Shown here: in pieces, positions 63,521-64,000 of the stretch
Layout of the letters: every line of letters starts with the position of its first letter
Numbering within the stretch: the stretch's first letter is position 1
Source: Octopus vulgaris
Taxonomy: Eukaryota
DNA length: 64,000 nt
NCBI GenBank assembly: GCA_951406725.2
Contig: OX597826.1
Span: forward strand, 77,376,001 to 77,440,000
Direction: 5' to 3'
Translations under genes and position numbers: made by a program
Notes under the pieces: model-generated
Seen by the model: the letters and a program-made list of their open reading frames with translations, nothing else
What the model was told of the DNA's origin: nothing
Database searches by the model: none

Positions 63521-64000
63521 ATTATATAGATGATTAAATTAATTTATATAATTGATTGATACCTATATTATCGATATAAGAAAATATGTGAACTACTATT
63601 GATTCTAGCTAGATTTGAACTCGGGATAGATAATGTAAAGTCTTTTCGATTCTAAGTTGGGCAGGGAATATTGGGTATTGTAGTGTCATTTTCATAACTT
63701 TCTAAATGAGAACTTGGAAACGCTACAAAGAGAAATCGAACCTACGTCACACGGTCGAGACTTCGAGGGTTTAACACAAAGTTACGACGCTCGTGCTGGT
63801 TTATATGAATAATGTATATTATGCGTAGAAGTAAATATGTATTTTATGTGCGTATAGATGTATGCACGTATATAAATGCAGTTGTATGGATGCGTGTAGC
63901 TGGGTATGTAAATAGATATGTGCGTAAGTGTATACATTTATTATGCAAGCAATTATTTTTCATTCCATATATATACATATATGCGTATATATATATACAT

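Noticed and set aside
1-64000. Most ORFs in the supplied track ([16 protein letters not shown], poly-V/I/L)
   Set aside because: They are translations of microsatellites or SINE bodies, many starting at non-ATG codons; no domain content

Overview
AT-rich, microsatellite-dense eukaryotic DNA. The repeat complement (several tRNA-derived SINE families, R4/Dong LINEs in (TAA)n, abundant (TA)n/(CA)n/(TATG)n tracts) looks like an octopod cephalopod (Octopus-like) genome; that is inference from repeat style, not a database result. I find no complete host protein-coding gene. Nearly all ORFs in the supplied track are microsatellite read-throughs or decayed transposon frames, so the window is best read as a large intron or intergenic region. 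Recognisable elements: about 15 copies of one CORE-like SINE, copies of two other SINE families, R4/Dong, RTE, CR1-like and RLE-type LINE fragments, Penelope-like (PLE) RT and GIY-YIG remnants, Tc1/mariner, hAT-Charlie, piggyBac- and pogo-type DNA elements, and a Helitron-bounded composite. The most interesting signal is at least five minimal type-I hammerhead-ribozyme motifs (CUGANGA...GAAA, palindromic stem III, UH) in unrelated short elements that sit in or near (TA)n tracts or next to PLE remnants, together with seven fold-back palindromes, some folding at a hammerhead remnant. This suggests a diverse population of short non-autonomous PLE-derived, ribozyme-bearing retroelements. Coordinates of decayed repeats are approximate (read by eye).
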